A stretch of DNA of 64,000 bases from Verrucomicrobiota bacterium (GCA_039796295.1 JBDKJY010000034.1:4325-68324), one strand, 5' to 3'; counted from the first letter of the stretch, positions 1-9,569 are shown. Numbers and translations are program-made. The notes: generated by a model not told the origin, from the letters alone.

Positions 1-2092
1 CCGTGTAGCTCGCGCTGGCGTTGAGCGTCCAGCGGCGGAAGGGCGTTAGCGTGTGGCCTAGGCTGAAGGTGTGGGCGTCGTGATTGGCTGAGGCGACTGC
101 GCCGCCGGGCGTGAAACCGGGCAACGTGTCCGTCGCCGTCACGTAGTCGGTGGCGGCGAGCCGATAGCCGAACTGCATCTTCCACCAGTTCGCCGCCCGC
201 CACGAAAGCCGCGCGTCCACTTCGTCACCGCGACTGGCGCGTTGTCGCAGGAAGCCAGGATACGGACCGCCACCGGGCCCGAAGGCGTATTCCAAGTTCG
301 CATAGTCGGTGCGCGTCTCGCGGTGCTTGTAGCTGGCGGAGAACGTCGCCCCGACCCACGGCGACGTGTGAAATCCCGCGCGTAGTTCCCGCAGGTCCGC
401 GTCCGCGTCCGTGCGCCGTAGAAACGCATCGGCCCCGCCCGCCTGTTGCTCGAAGGTGCCGCGTCCCTCCTTCTGGAACCGTCCATCCGCGAACACCGTT
501 GTGTGCGGCAGGCCCGTGTAACGCAGCCCCAACTGCTCCGTCGTCATGTGCGTGTCGAGCTGAGAACCGAGCGTGATGGGCACGGAGAAGAAGAAGGGGA
601 TCGTCGGATTGCCAAAGCGCAGGTTCTCGTCGCCGAGACCGGTCTGGCGCGTCCACTCGCTCTGCACAGCGACGGAGAAGGAAAGGTTCGCCCACGGTCC
701 AGCCAGCGCCGACGCACTGAACAGATGCGACTCGCGGTCGAGCAGGATTTGGTTCGCAAACCACTGCTCGCCGAACGCGCCGCCGCCTGCCGCCGTCACG
801 GTGTTCATCTGGAAACCCGCGTCGCCTTCCATGCGCGAATAGAGGTAGCCGACGGAACCGAAGAGCCAGTCGCGCAACTGCCGCTCCAGCCGTAGCGCGT
901 TCTGCCCCTGCCAATGGCTCGCCTGCTCGCGCACGAGCACGAAGGACGACGGCGTGGCCGTGCCGCCGAACGCGCTGCCGGGCGACGCCTGTTCCTTGCG
1001 CGTGCTGAGGTCATAGAACTCAACCCGTGCGTTGTTTTCGAGGTGTGTGCCGCGCCAGTCGTGTTCGAGGTCGAGCTTCAGGATGTGCGTCTGCTCGTCC
1101 ACAAAGCGCAGCGACGGATAAATGTTCTTCACCAGCCCGCCCTGCGTGGAGTCGCCCCAGTGCAGCGTGGACTGCGCGCCGTCGCGGAACTGAAACTCAT
1201 AGCCCAACGTCACGCGGGGCCAGTCGGGCAGTGTAAGGCCGACATCGAAGGCCGCGCGCCCGCCGTCCATGAACAGCTCGCGGCCCAGCCGGAAACTCGG
1301 GGTGGCGAAGGGCGCGTAATAGCCGCCGGTGTCGTCGTAGTAGCGCCGCCATTGCTCGAACTCCGCGCGGACAAAACCTACATCGCGCCGGTCGAGCGAG
1401 AGCTTCACCGCATAGTCCTCGTCACGGGGCAGGGCATGGCCCGACAGCGAAAACCGCGTGTCCGTGTCGTCTTGCTGCTCGAAGGAGAAGTTCGCCGCGC
1501 CGCCGGACACGCCGGGGCGCAGGCCGGTATGCTCGCGGAACTTCGCCTCGTTGCCGGTGACGGAGACGAACCGGATAGCGGGAGCGACGGAGAATTCAAT
1601 TATAGGCTGCCGACTGAACGCGACTTCGTCCCACTTCACGCCTTGGTCAATCCACGCGCGCAGCTTGCCGACCTGCTCGGCGGTGAGCGGCCCGTGCTTG
1701 CCAGGCGGCGGCATCTGCGTCTCCGCGTCGAGTCGCGCGACGGCGTGAATCAACCGACTCTCCACGCTGCGGCCCGGCAGGATGGCGGGGCCACTCGCGC
1801 CGCCGCGCAATGCGGCGTCGCGCGTGTCGAGGCGGAGACCGCCCTTGGGCTTCACCGCGCCGTGGCAGCGCAGGCAGGAAGTTTCGAGGATGGGTTGGAT
1901 GTCGCGCGCGAAATCAATCGAGGCGGAGGAAGGCGGCGGGAGTTTGCTGGCGTCAATCGCACTGCAACTCAGCGCGGCGGCGAGCCAGCAGCCCAGCAGG
2001 AAGCGGCTGCGGACGTGGGCGTCCGCGCTCCTTTGCGCTAGCGACTGACCGCTGACCGCTGACCGCTGACCACTGTTAGCTTCCCGCTTCAT
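1..2092 (-). CDS. PSCyt1 (planctomycete-type cytochrome c) domain protein fused to a long beta-rich, porin-like region; 3' end lies outside the window
   Basis: Absent from the ORF track because it runs off the window. Hand translation of the minus strand from ATG 2092..2090 stays open to position 1: MKREANSGQRSAVSGQSLAQRSADAHVRSRFLLGCWLAAALSCSA..FARDIQPILETSCLRCHG..LRAWIDQG.., followed by >550 aa of strand-like, Gly/aromatic-rich sequence. Track ORF 914..2041(+) is its antisense shadow. Confidence 0.75.
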   Translation of the reverse strand, partial: MKREANSGQRSAVSGQSLAQRSADAHVRSRFLLGCWLAAALSCSAIDASKLPPPSSASIDFARDIQPILETSCLRCHGAVKPKGGLRLDTRDAALRGGASGPAILPGRSVESRLIHAVARLDAETQMPPPGKHGPLTAEQVGKLRAWIDQGVKWDEVAFSRQPIIEFSVAPAIRFVSVTGNEAKFREHTGLRPGVSGGAANFSFEQQDDTDTRFSLSGHALPRDEDYAVKLSLDRRDVGFVRAEFEQWRRYYDDTGGYYAPFATPSFRLGRELFMDGGRAAFDVGLTLPDWPRVTLGYEFQFRDGAQSTLHWGDSTQGGLVKNIYPSLRFVDEQTHILKLDLEHDWRGTHLENNARVEFYDLSTRKEQASPGSAFGGTATPSSFVLVREQASHWQGQNALRLERQLRDWLFGSVGYLYSRMEGDAGFQMNTVTAAGGGAFGEQWFANQILLDRESHLFSASALAGPWANLSFSVAVQSEWTRQTGLGDENLRFGNPTIPFFFSVPITLGSQLDTHMTTEQLGLRYTGLPHTTVFADGRFQKEGRGTFEQQAGGADAFLRRTDADADLRELRAGFHTSPWVGATFSASYKHRETRTDYANLEYAFGPGGGPYPGFLRQRASRGDEVDARLSWRAANWWKMQFGYRLAATDYVTATDTLPGFTPGGAVASANHDAHTFSLGHTLTPFRRWTLNASASYT
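1998..2031. repeat. 34-nt palindromic REP-like element (core GCGGACG-TGGGC-GTCCGC), identical copy at 57681..57714
   Basis: aggaagcggctgcggacgtgggcgtccgcgctcc occurs identically at both sites. Both copies lie in frame inside minus-strand CDSs. Confidence 0.85.
2045..2072. repeat. Heptanucleotide tandem array CTGACCG x4 (GGTCAGC family)
   Basis: ctgaccg ctgaccg ctgaccg ctgacca. Encodes SGQRSAVSGQ in the N-terminal extension of the 1..2092 ORF. The same unit recurs at 32765..32792. Confidence 0.9.
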
Positions 2093-2928
2093 CAGTATCG
2101 CAGCTTCGGGTCGATGTTCGACCCATGCACCGCCGTGTGGCAGCCCGCTGACCAGCAGGTGCCGCGACGGATGAACGCGGTGTGGGTGGTGTTGCCAAAG
2201 ACGATTTCGCCAGCGGTGGTCTGCACCTGCGCGTGGCACTTGATGCAGAGGTTCACGTCGCGCTGGTGAAGGAGCTTTTGCGTGAAAGAGCCGTGCGGCG
2301 TGTGGCAGGCCACGCAGCCTTCGCGCAAGGCCTCGTGGCCGAAGACGTGCGTCTTGCTCTGCTCGCGATGGCAGTTGGCGCACGTCTCGTTGAGTCGCGA
2401 GAGGGCGGGTCCGCCCTTGGGTTTGTGGATGTCGAAGCCGTGCGCGTCGTGGCACTGGCCGCAGTGGAGTTTGCCTTCAAGGACTTGGTGGTGGTGCGGC
2501 AGCCGGAACTCCGCGTGGGTCTGGACGTGGCAAGCAAAGCAGGTTTCCGGCGACTTGCGCGGGTTGACGATGAACTTGTCGCGGCCTTGTCCGCCGCACT
2601 GAACGTGTTTACTGCCCGGCCCGTGGCAGGACTCGCAGCCGGTCTGGCTGGCGAAGCGCGGGCTGTCCGAGTGGAAACGCCCGTGCGCGCTAGCGGCGAA
2701 GGTGCGGGTGTAGTTCGTGTGACAGTCGGCGCAGGCTTTGTTGCCGACGAACGTCGCGCCTTCGATGGCCGGCGGAGCGGAGACGGTTCGTTCGACGGTG
2801 GAGCAGGAGCTGAGGGACAGGCAGATGCAGGCCGCGATGAGGAGCGACGGGACGGCCAGCCAGCGGAGGAGTTGTTTGGCCATCGAAGTCACGGGCGGAG
2901 CGTGCCGTGAGGCAGTGAGGGATTTCAA
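2092..2928 (-). CDS. Multihaem c-type cytochrome (7 CxxCH motifs) with lipoprotein-like leader
   Basis: CADCH, CESCH, CFACH, CGQCH, CANCH, CVACH and CIKCH motifs. N-terminal hydrophobic leader ends in LSLSSCST. The stop shares one base with the next ATG (TGATG). Confidence 0.85.
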   Translation of the reverse strand: MKSLTASRHAPPVTSMAKQLLRWLAVPSLLIAACICLSLSSCSTVERTVSAPPAIEGATFVGNKACADCHTNYTRTFAASAHGRFHSDSPRFASQTGCESCHGPGSKHVQCGGQGRDKFIVNPRKSPETCFACHVQTHAEFRLPHHHQVLEGKLHCGQCHDAHGFDIHKPKGGPALSRLNETCANCHREQSKTHVFGHEALREGCVACHTPHGSFTQKLLHQRDVNLCIKCHAQVQTTAGEIVFGNTTHTAFIRRGTCWSAGCHTAVHGSNIDPKLRY

Positions 2929-3017
2929 CGGAAAGAAGGCGTAGCCTCAACTCGTGGCCATGTTCGTGAGAACATGGTGTTCTATTCTAGCGAGCCACGC
3001 TCTCACGAGCGTGGCCA

Positions 3018-5069
3018 CTAAATCCTCGGCGTCCAGGTGGGCTGGCCGGTCTTGCGAGACTTTGCGGGCTTCTTGCCGTAGCTCACCTGGCGAGTCGGGG
3101 CTTCGCCGCCGGCCATGCGCTTCAGTTCGTTGATTTGGTCGCGGTAGAGCGCGGCCTTCTCGAACTCCAGATTGTTCGAGGCTTCAATCATCTGCCCTTC
3201 CAGCTCGCGGATGGTCTCGGTCACGTCGAAGTCGCCAGCGGCTTCGTTCAGCATCCCGGTGGCGACATCGCGCAGCTCTTTCTGCGAGGAGAGGCTGTCT
3301 TCCATCACCCGCGTGACGCTGCGCGGGGTAATGCCGTGCGCGGTGTTGTAGGCTACTTGCTTCTTCCGCCGATACTCGCAGACCGCCAGGAAGCGCTGGA
3401 TGCTCTGCGTCTTCACGTCGGCGTAGAGGATGACTTCGCCGTTCAAGTGGCGCGCGGCGCGGCCGGCGGTCTGGATGAGGCTGGTCTCGCTGCGGAGGAA
3501 GCCTTCCTTGTCGGCGTCGAGGATGGCGACGAGGGAAACTTCCGGCAGGTCGAGGCCTTCACGCAGGAGGTTGATGCCGACGAGCACGTCGAACTGGCCT
3601 TTGCGGAGGCCGCGGATGATTTCGACGCGCTCGAGCGCATCCACCTCGCTGTGGAGGTAACGGACGTTGATGCCGATGTCGCGAAGGTAATCGGTGAGTT
3701 CCTCGGCGGTGCGCTTGGTGAGCGTGGTGACGAGGACGCGCTCCTTCAGCTCGACGCGTTTGCGGCATTCCTCGATGAGGTCGTCAATCTGGCCCTTGAG
3801 CGGCTTGATCGTGATGGTGGGGTCAATGAGGCCGGTCGGACGGACGACGAGTTCGACCACTTTGCTACCAGCCCACTGCATCTCACGCGGCGCGGGTGTG
3901 GCGCTGACGTAGATGGTTTGCTTTTGGAGCGACTGGAATTCCAGCCAGTCGAGCGGCCGGTTGTCCAGCGCGCTGGGCAGGCGGAAGCCGTGCGCGACGA
4001 GCACTTCCTTGCGCGAACGGTCGCCGGCATACATCCCGCCAATCTGCGGCACACTCACGTGCGACTCGTCCATCACGAGGAGGAAGTCGTCGGGCATGAA
4101 ATCAATCAACGTCGTGGGTCGCGAGCCGGGCGGGCGCTGGGCGATGTGGCGCGAGTAGTTCTCGATGCCGGAGCAGACGCCCATCTCCTCCATCATCTCG
4201 AGGTCGTATTCGGTCCGCATCTTGATGCGCTGGGCTTCGAGGAGCTTGCCGTGCTTCTCGAACCACGCGATGCGGTCGCCGAGTTCCGCGCGGATGGTGA
4301 GGAGTGCGGCCTTGAGCTTTTCGTTCGTGGTGACGAACTGCTTGCCTGGATAGATGACGACGGCTTGAAGCTGTTCCAAAACTTCGCCGGTGAGCGGCTC
4401 GAAGCGCGTGATGCGGTCAATCTCGTCGCCGAAGAACTCGATGCGCAAGCCGTCCTCGGTGTAGCCGGGGCGAAGTTCCAGCGTGTCGCCGCGCACGCGG
4501 AACTGCGCGCGCTCGAAGGCGACGTCGTTGCGCGTGTATTGGATGTCCACGAGCCGCGACAAAAGTTGTTCCCGCGTGAAGGCCAGGCCAACGCGCAGCG
4601 GGATGACCATCGCCTCGTAGTCCTCCTTGCTGCCGATGCCGTAGATGCACGAGACGCTCGCGACCACGATGACGTCGCGACGCGCGAAGAGGGAACTCAT
4701 CGTCGAGAGGCGCAGGCGCTCAATCTCGTCGTTCCGGCTGGAGTCCTTCTCGATGAACGTGTCGCTGCGCGGGATGTAAGCCTCGGGCTGGTAGTAGTCG
4801 AAGTAGCTGACGAAGTATTCGACGGCGTTCTTGGGAAAGAAGGACTTGAACTCGGCGTAGAGCTGCGCGGCGAGCGTCTTGTTGTGCGAGATGACGAGCG
4901 TGGGCCGCTGAATTTGCTGGATGACGTTCGCGATGGTGTAGGTCTTGCCCGAGCCGGTTACGCCGAGGAGGACTTGATGCTTTGCGCCGGCCTGCACGCC
5001 CGCCGTGAGTTTCTCAATGGCCTGCGGCTGGTCGCCAGCGGGGGAGTAGGGGGCGGTGAGCTCGAACAT
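3018..5069 (-). CDS. uvrB: Excinuclease ABC subunit B
   Basis: 683 aa. GVTGSGKT Walker A, helicase motifs and a C-terminal UVR domain ([11 protein letters not shown]), typical of UvrB throughout. Confidence 0.97.
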   Translation of the reverse strand: MFELTAPYSPAGDQPQAIEKLTAGVQAGAKHQVLLGVTGSGKTYTIANVIQQIQRPTLVISHNKTLAAQLYAEFKSFFPKNAVEYFVSYFDYYQPEAYIPRSDTFIEKDSSRNDEIERLRLSTMSSLFARRDVIVVASVSCIYGIGSKEDYEAMVIPLRVGLAFTREQLLSRLVDIQYTRNDVAFERAQFRVRGDTLELRPGYTEDGLRIEFFGDEIDRITRFEPLTGEVLEQLQAVVIYPGKQFVTTNEKLKAALLTIRAELGDRIAWFEKHGKLLEAQRIKMRTEYDLEMMEEMGVCSGIENYSRHIAQRPPGSRPTTLIDFMPDDFLLVMDESHVSVPQIGGMYAGDRSRKEVLVAHGFRLPSALDNRPLDWLEFQSLQKQTIYVSATPAPREMQWAGSKVVELVVRPTGLIDPTITIKPLKGQIDDLIEECRKRVELKERVLVTTLTKRTAEELTDYLRDIGINVRYLHSEVDALERVEIIRGLRKGQFDVLVGINLLREGLDLPEVSLVAILDADKEGFLRSETSLIQTAGRAARHLNGEVILYADVKTQSIQRFLAVCEYRRKKQVAYNTAHGITPRSVTRVMEDSLSSQKELRDVATGMLNEAAGDFDVTETIRELEGQMIEASNNLEFEKAALYRDQINELKRMAGGEAPTRQVSYGKKPAKSRKTGQPTWTPRI

Positions 5070-5081
5070 GGGCGGCGGGCT

Positions 5082-5382
5082 TCAGCTTGGCGGGAACTCG
5101 GGGTCAAGTCTGGCTCCGTGCCAGAAGTCCAAAATCTGCACGACCTGTTCCGCCGGCTTGTAGCGGTAGTAAACGAGATAGGGCCGGACTGACAGACGAC
5201 GCACCCCCCGCGCGCTTTGGGAAGGGTCGGCCCAGCTCGGGGAAGTCTGCCAGCAGCTCCGCGCGGTCAACCAGCTTCATGCCCAGACGGTGCGCGGCGG
5301 CGGGATTATCCTCGGCGATGTAGCGGACGATTTCCTCCAGCCGGGCAATGGCCTGCGGGGAGAAAATTACTTGGCAGCCCAT
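5082..5382 (-). pseudogene. ParE/RelE-family toxin interrupted by a 1-nt frameshift in a G6 run
   Basis: The N-terminal half lies in ORF 5104..5382 (..AAAHRLGMKLVDRAELLADFPELGRPFPKRAGG). The C-terminal half lies in another frame, in ORF 5082..5270 (VRRLSVRPYLVYYRYKPAEQVVQILDFWHGARLDPEF). Removing one G from the run at 5204..5209 joins them into a canonical ParE. Confidence 0.7.
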
Positions 5383-5591
5383 GCGGTTACCAAGTTGCGG
5401 ACTTGGGAACTGGGCACGCCCTGGCCAGCGTCGAACTGACGGGTCGCCTGGTCGAGCGAAGCCAGCAAGGCGGCTTCCTCTTGTGCGGTCATGGGCGCGT
5501 CCTCAAAGGAGGTCAGCCAGATGGACAGGGCTTTTTGTTCATCGGCGGGAAGCTGTTCGATGGCCGACTGGATTTCCACCATAGTGCTCAT
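5367..5591 (-). CDS. Putative antitoxin (addiction-module component) paired with the ParE-like gene
   Basis: 74 aa and acidic. Sits immediately upstream of the toxin start and overlaps it. The N-terminus MSTMVEIQSAIEQLPADEQKAL resembles short addiction-module antidotes. Confidence 0.55.
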   Translation of the reverse strand: MSTMVEIQSAIEQLPADEQKALSIWLTSFEDAPMTAQEEAALLASLDQATRQFDAGQGVPSSQVRNLVTAWAAK

Positions 5592-5622
5592 GTCGCGAAA
5601 CTACGGGGCTGCTTCGACGGCG

Positions 5623-6039
5623 TCAAACCGCCGCCCGCGACTGCGCTACGAGCGTGTCCACCGCCCCGATGAGATCGTCCGCGCGGAAGGGCTTGGGGAG
5701 AAAGAGGTCGGGCTTGATCGGGTTGCGCGCGAGCACCTCGGGCTTGGCCGTGCCGCTGAGGAGGAGGGTCTTGAGCTGCGGCAGCTCGGCCCGGACCTGG
5801 TTGATGAGGTCAAGGCCGTTGATGTCGCCGATGTCGAAGTCGGAGACGAGCACGGCGGGCGGCGGGTCAGCGGCGAGCAACGCGTCGCGGGCGGGCAGGC
5901 CCTGATGGAACAGCCGGGTGTCGTAGCCAGCGGAGGCGAGGAGCTGGTGGGTGATTTCGCCGAGGAGTTCATTGTCGTCCACGATGAACACGAGCGTGCC
6001 GTTGGGCGGCGGGGGCGACGGCGGCGGGTTGGCGTTCAT
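5623..6039 (-). CDS. Single-domain response regulator (CheY-like receiver)
   Basis: FIVDDNELL.., VLVSDFDIGDINGLDL, ..LLLSGT..KPF. Receiver-domain acidic pocket and conserved T/K are present. Confidence 0.8.
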   Translation of the reverse strand: MNANPPPSPPPPNGTLVFIVDDNELLGEITHQLLASAGYDTRLFHQGLPARDALLAADPPPAVLVSDFDIGDINGLDLINQVRAELPQLKTLLLSGTAKPEVLARNPIKPDLFLPKPFRADDLIGAVDTLVAQSRAAV

Positions 6040-6205
6040 CAGTCGGTGGACGGTTGAGCGCGGACAGTAGGGGCGGGGCGGCGGACTGTCAAAGTTCCCG
6101 GCCTCAGGATTTTCCGGAGGCGCGCCGCCGAGGAAGCCCGATCTGCCGGTCGGCCTTCGCAGGCCTCAGTAAACCGAGGCCACGCTGCAACGCGACCGCC
6201 GTCCG

Positions 6206-7459
6206 TCAGAGACTCGTCACCGTCTGGTCTTCCGTCTTCAACTCCCCTTCCCAGCGCGCCATGACGGCGGAGGCGAGGCAGTTGCCGACGAGGTTCACCG
6301 TGGTGCGCGCCATGTCCATCAGCTCGTCCACGCCGAGGATGATGGCGACGCCTTCCAGCGGCAGGCCAAAGCTGGCGAGCGTGCCGGACAGGATGACCAG
6401 CGACGCGCGCGGCACGGCGGCGATGCCCTTGGTGGTGAGCATGAGCGTGAGCATCATCATGAGCTGCTGGCCGAGGGTCATGTCCACGCCCGCCGCCTGC
6501 GCGACGAAGACGGACGCGATGGCGAGGTAGAGCGTGCTGCCGTCGAGGTTGAAGGAGTAGCCCGTGGGCAGCACGAAGGAGACGATGCGCTTGGGCACGC
6601 CGAACTCGGTCATGCGCTTGAGGGCGTCGGGCAGCGCGGCGTCGGAGGAGGTGGTGGAGAAGGCGATGAGCGCGGGCTCCTTCACGGCGCGGAGGAACTT
6701 GCGCAGCGGGATGCGCGCCCAGAGCGCGACCGGCACCAGCACCACGAGGCAGAACACCACGAGCGCGCCGTAGAGCGTGAGCACGAGCATCCCGAGGTTT
6801 TTCAGCACGCCCAACCCACTGTGCCCGACCGTCACCGCCATCGCCGCGCCGATGCCGAAGGGCGCGCAGAGCATCACGAGGCCGGTGAACTTGAACATGA
6901 CTTCGCTCAGCCCCTCGAAGAAGTTGAGCATCGTCTCCTTGGGCTTGCCCTGCACTTGCGTCAGCGCGAGGGCGAAGAGGATGGTGAATACGACGACCTG
7001 GAGCACATCGTTCTTGGCCGCGCTCTCGAAGAAACTCTTGGGCGCGATGTGCTCGATCATCTCCTGCGTGGTCTGCGTCTTGGCAGCGAATTCCTTGCCC
7101 TTTTCCGCAGAGGGCGGCAGCACCACGCCAACGCCGGGCTTGGTGAGGTTCACCGCCGCCAGCCCGATAAAGAGCGCGAGCGTGGTGACGACCTCGAAGT
7201 AGATGAAGGACTTGAACGCGAGGCGTCCGACGGCTTTCAGGTCATCGCTGTGCCCCGCAATGCCGATGATGAGCGTGCCGACGAGGATGGGGACGATGAT
7301 GCATTTGATGAGGTTGAGGAAGAGGTTGGAGACGACCTTTAGGTTCCGCGCGAGCATGGGGTAATCCGACTCCGGGAACGCCCAGCCGAGCAGGATGCCG
7401 AAGAGCATGGCCAAGAGAATCCAGTGCGTGAGGCTGACGCGGCGAAGGGCGGAGAGCAT
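6206..7459 (-). CDS. Dicarboxylate/amino acid:cation symporter (DAACS family)
   Basis: 417 aa, polytopic. Typical DAACS motifs (..FSTTSSDAALP.., ..VDELMDMARTTVN..). Confidence 0.9.
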   Translation of the reverse strand: MLSALRRVSLTHWILLAMLFGILLGWAFPESDYPMLARNLKVVSNLFLNLIKCIIVPILVGTLIIGIAGHSDDLKAVGRLAFKSFIYFEVVTTLALFIGLAAVNLTKPGVGVVLPPSAEKGKEFAAKTQTTQEMIEHIAPKSFFESAAKNDVLQVVVFTILFALALTQVQGKPKETMLNFFEGLSEVMFKFTGLVMLCAPFGIGAAMAVTVGHSGLGVLKNLGMLVLTLYGALVVFCLVVLVPVALWARIPLRKFLRAVKEPALIAFSTTSSDAALPDALKRMTEFGVPKRIVSFVLPTGYSFNLDGSTLYLAIASVFVAQAAGVDMTLGQQLMMMLTLMLTTKGIAAVPRASLVILSGTLASFGLPLEGVAIILGVDELMDMARTTVNLVGNCLASAVMARWEGELKTEDQTVTSL

Positions 7460-7525
7460 GGCAGGAGATTAAGGGTGGCGGGGCGGTGGTGTCGAGCGGG
7501 GCGGCCGAGGGAGGGGGAAGTAAGT

Positions 7526-7592
7526 AGTGTTCAGTGTTCAGACCGGCGCTCCACAGCTCGAACGGAACACTGGATACTGAACCCTGAACACT
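7526..7592. repeat. Inverted pair of heptamer arrays (AGTGTTC family) flanking a ~25-nt spacer
   Basis: Left arm is agtgttc agtgttc ag. The spacer is accggcgctccacagctcgaacggaa. Right arm cactggatactgaaccctgaacact is the reverse complement of agtgttc agggttc agtatcc agtg. Lies in a divergent intergenic region. Confidence 0.8.
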
Positions 7593-7651
7593 TTCCCCGC
7601 CCCGCCCGGATTTTTCCTCGCCAACCCGCGCCCGCGCTGGATAGTCCGCGC

Positions 7652-8068
7652 ATGGAAGTCCAGATAGCGAGCTTGTGCGACTCAGCGGCGGATTACGGCG
7701 GCAAACTGTGCCTGATCGGAGCGTTTGACACGATCTTGGTGCGGCAGTTCCCGGCGCACCACCCGTTCTGTTCGGTCGCGCTGCGCATCGTCTTCCGTGA
7801 CACGGACGAGGGGAAGCACACCTTGCGCGTGAACCTGATTGACGACGACGGCCAGAGCCTGTTGCCCGGGATGCCCACGACGCCGCTCGAAATCCGGATG
7901 CCGGAGAACCAGTTCTTTGCCTCAGTGAATCTCGTCTTCAACCTCCAGGGGATGCGGTTCACTCGGCCGGGCCAATACTCCCTCGATATCACGCTCGACG
8001 GAACAATGATCGCACGCATCCCGCTGCAAGTGCTGCTCATGCCCGCCGAAGGTGGCACACCGGAGTAG
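7652..8068 (+). CDS. Hypothetical protein (resembles the DUF6941 family, from memory)
   Basis: Internal ATG of track ORF 7424..8068: MEVQIASLCDSAADYGGKLCLIGAFDTILV..ARIPLQVL. The region upstream of this ATG is low-complexity. Confidence 0.55.
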   Translation: MEVQIASLCDSAADYGGKLCLIGAFDTILVRQFPAHHPFCSVALRIVFRDTDEGKHTLRVNLIDDDGQSLLPGMPTTPLEIRMPENQFFASVNLVFNLQGMRFTRPGQYSLDITLDGTMIARIPLQVLLMPAEGGTPE

Positions 8069-8560
8069 TTCGGACGCAGGGCGTGTGGTCTTGAGGGACC
8101 GAGACGCGGCGACGCCATCATTCCAACAGACTCGGCGTGCCGTCGGAGCCGCTGGAGTCCCGCGGGATTGCGCAGCCCGCGTTCCGCGCGCGGCGCGCTA
8201 GTGGGCGTAGATACACGAGTCGGCGTCGATGCGCTTTTTCCTCGGAGAGCGAGGGGTGGCGATGGTCAAAGTGTGCGAGGGCCATCAGCAGCAATTTCAC
8301 CGTCCTCTTGCCTAGCAGCATCTGGGAATGCCCCCCCAGTCGGGTAAGCCTAGATGCGTATCGAGCCCCCGTGGTGAGAGTGGAGTTGGGGAAAACGGAC
8401 TGCTCGATCCATGGCACCGCCGGACGCCGTCTCGAAGAGACCGTGCGGGGCGAACAAGACTACTTCGCCCAGCACGCGGCACGCATGAGCAGCCGGAATG
8501 CTCCCACAAGTAAGTCCACTCTTGCCAAAGGGGAAGTCACTCGGCACTTTACGCGGCGCT

Positions 8561-8834
<274 letters not shown>

Positions 8835-8856
8835 TCGGGTGCAGGATAGCACGGTT

Positions 8857-8901
8857 TCAAGATATATCAAGATTCCGCTTGCCGTGCGTTGATGTGTTGA
8901 T
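8857..8901. promoter_or_regulatory. Candidate operator/promoter region of the divergent RHH and early operon
   Basis: AT-rich 80-nt divergent intergenic region. TCAAGAT direct repeats at 8857 and 8867 (10-bp phasing). GTTGAT repeats at 8888 and 8896. Confidence 0.35.
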
Positions 8902-8914
8902 AACATCCCAACAG

Positions 8915-9163
8915 ATGAACGAACCACTCCCCAATCCCCAACGGCGGCTGACCTCTTTGGAATTGTCAGCCCCGGCGCGTCGCACGCTTGGCGTCTTAAA
9001 GAAGAGCTTCGGCATGAGCTACACCCACGCGGTGCAGTCCGGCTTGCAGCTGCTCTTGGCCCACTACGGCCTCGGCGAGGCCATGCCCGCCGGGGACCGC
9101 AAGGCCCTCGGCCTCACCACCGGCCCCCGCCCCGGCAACCGCAAGAAAGGGGTGGCCAAGTGA
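8915..9163 (+). CDS. Small hypothetical protein, possibly RHH-like
   Basis: MNEPLPNPQRRLTSLELSAPARRTLGVLKKSFGMSYTHAVQSGLQLLLAHYG.. First gene of the rightward early operon. Confidence 0.45.
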   Translation: MNEPLPNPQRRLTSLELSAPARRTLGVLKKSFGMSYTHAVQSGLQLLLAHYGLGEAMPAGDRKALGLTTGPRPGNRKKGVAK

Positions 9164-9369
9164 GTGCTGATGCCCAGACCCGCAAGCAGCGCGACCGCTG
9201 CATTGAACTCTACACCGTCGCCCGCCGCGCACTTGAGTCGCTCAGTGAAGAGCGGCTGAACCTTTGTTTTGAAGCGCGGGAGTCGCTTAACGAATGCCGG
9301 GGAGAGTTGGAACGCTTCGACTCGCACCGCATGGCGCAACCGGTGATTCGGGAAGGCGGTGCCCAGTGA
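9160..9369 (+). CDS. Hypothetical early protein
   Basis: 69 aa. GTG start overlaps the preceding stop (GTGA). Helical and charged. Confidence 0.4.
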   Translation: MSADAQTRKQRDRCIELYTVARRALESLSEERLNLCFEARESLNECRGELERFDSHRMAQPVIREGGAQ

Positions 9370-9569
9370 AGCGCTCCTTTGTCGTCACGCTCGACGCTCA
9401 GTTCGTGCCCGAGGACGAAGCCACGGGGCAGCAAACGGAGGCCGCGCGCGAGGTTGTGCGCGTTGCCGTTCAACGCGCCATGCCCCACGGCGTCCACGTC
9501 ACCGTCACGGAGAATCGCGGGCTGCCGCTCCATCCCTTCAACCCTCAGCCCGCCCCGCGACATGGTTGA
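9366..9569 (+). CDS. Hypothetical early protein
   Basis: GTG at 9366 overlaps the preceding TGA: VKRSFVVTLDAQFVPEDEATGQQTEAAREVV.. Lies within track ORF 9294..9569. Confidence 0.4.
   Translation: MKRSFVVTLDAQFVPEDEATGQQTEAAREVVRVAVQRAMPHGVHVTVTENRGLPLHPFNPQPAPRHG

Noticed and set aside
914-2041. 375-aa plus-strand ORF (Arg/Ala-rich)
   Set aside because: It is the antisense shadow of the untracked minus-strand PSCyt1/beta-rich ORF. It has a composition typical of high-GC shadow frames and no recognisable motifs.
3135-5192. 685-aa plus-strand ORF opposite uvrB
   Set aside because: Shadow ORF. The minus frame is an unmistakable UvrB.
8069-8560. Short ORFs (8118..8417-, 8137..8802+, 8350..8547-) between the DUF6941-like gene and the tRNA
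   Set aside because: There are no recognisable motifs, the ORFs mutually overlap, and one runs straight through the tRNA. The region may be a decayed gene or regulatory DNA, but I cannot support a call.
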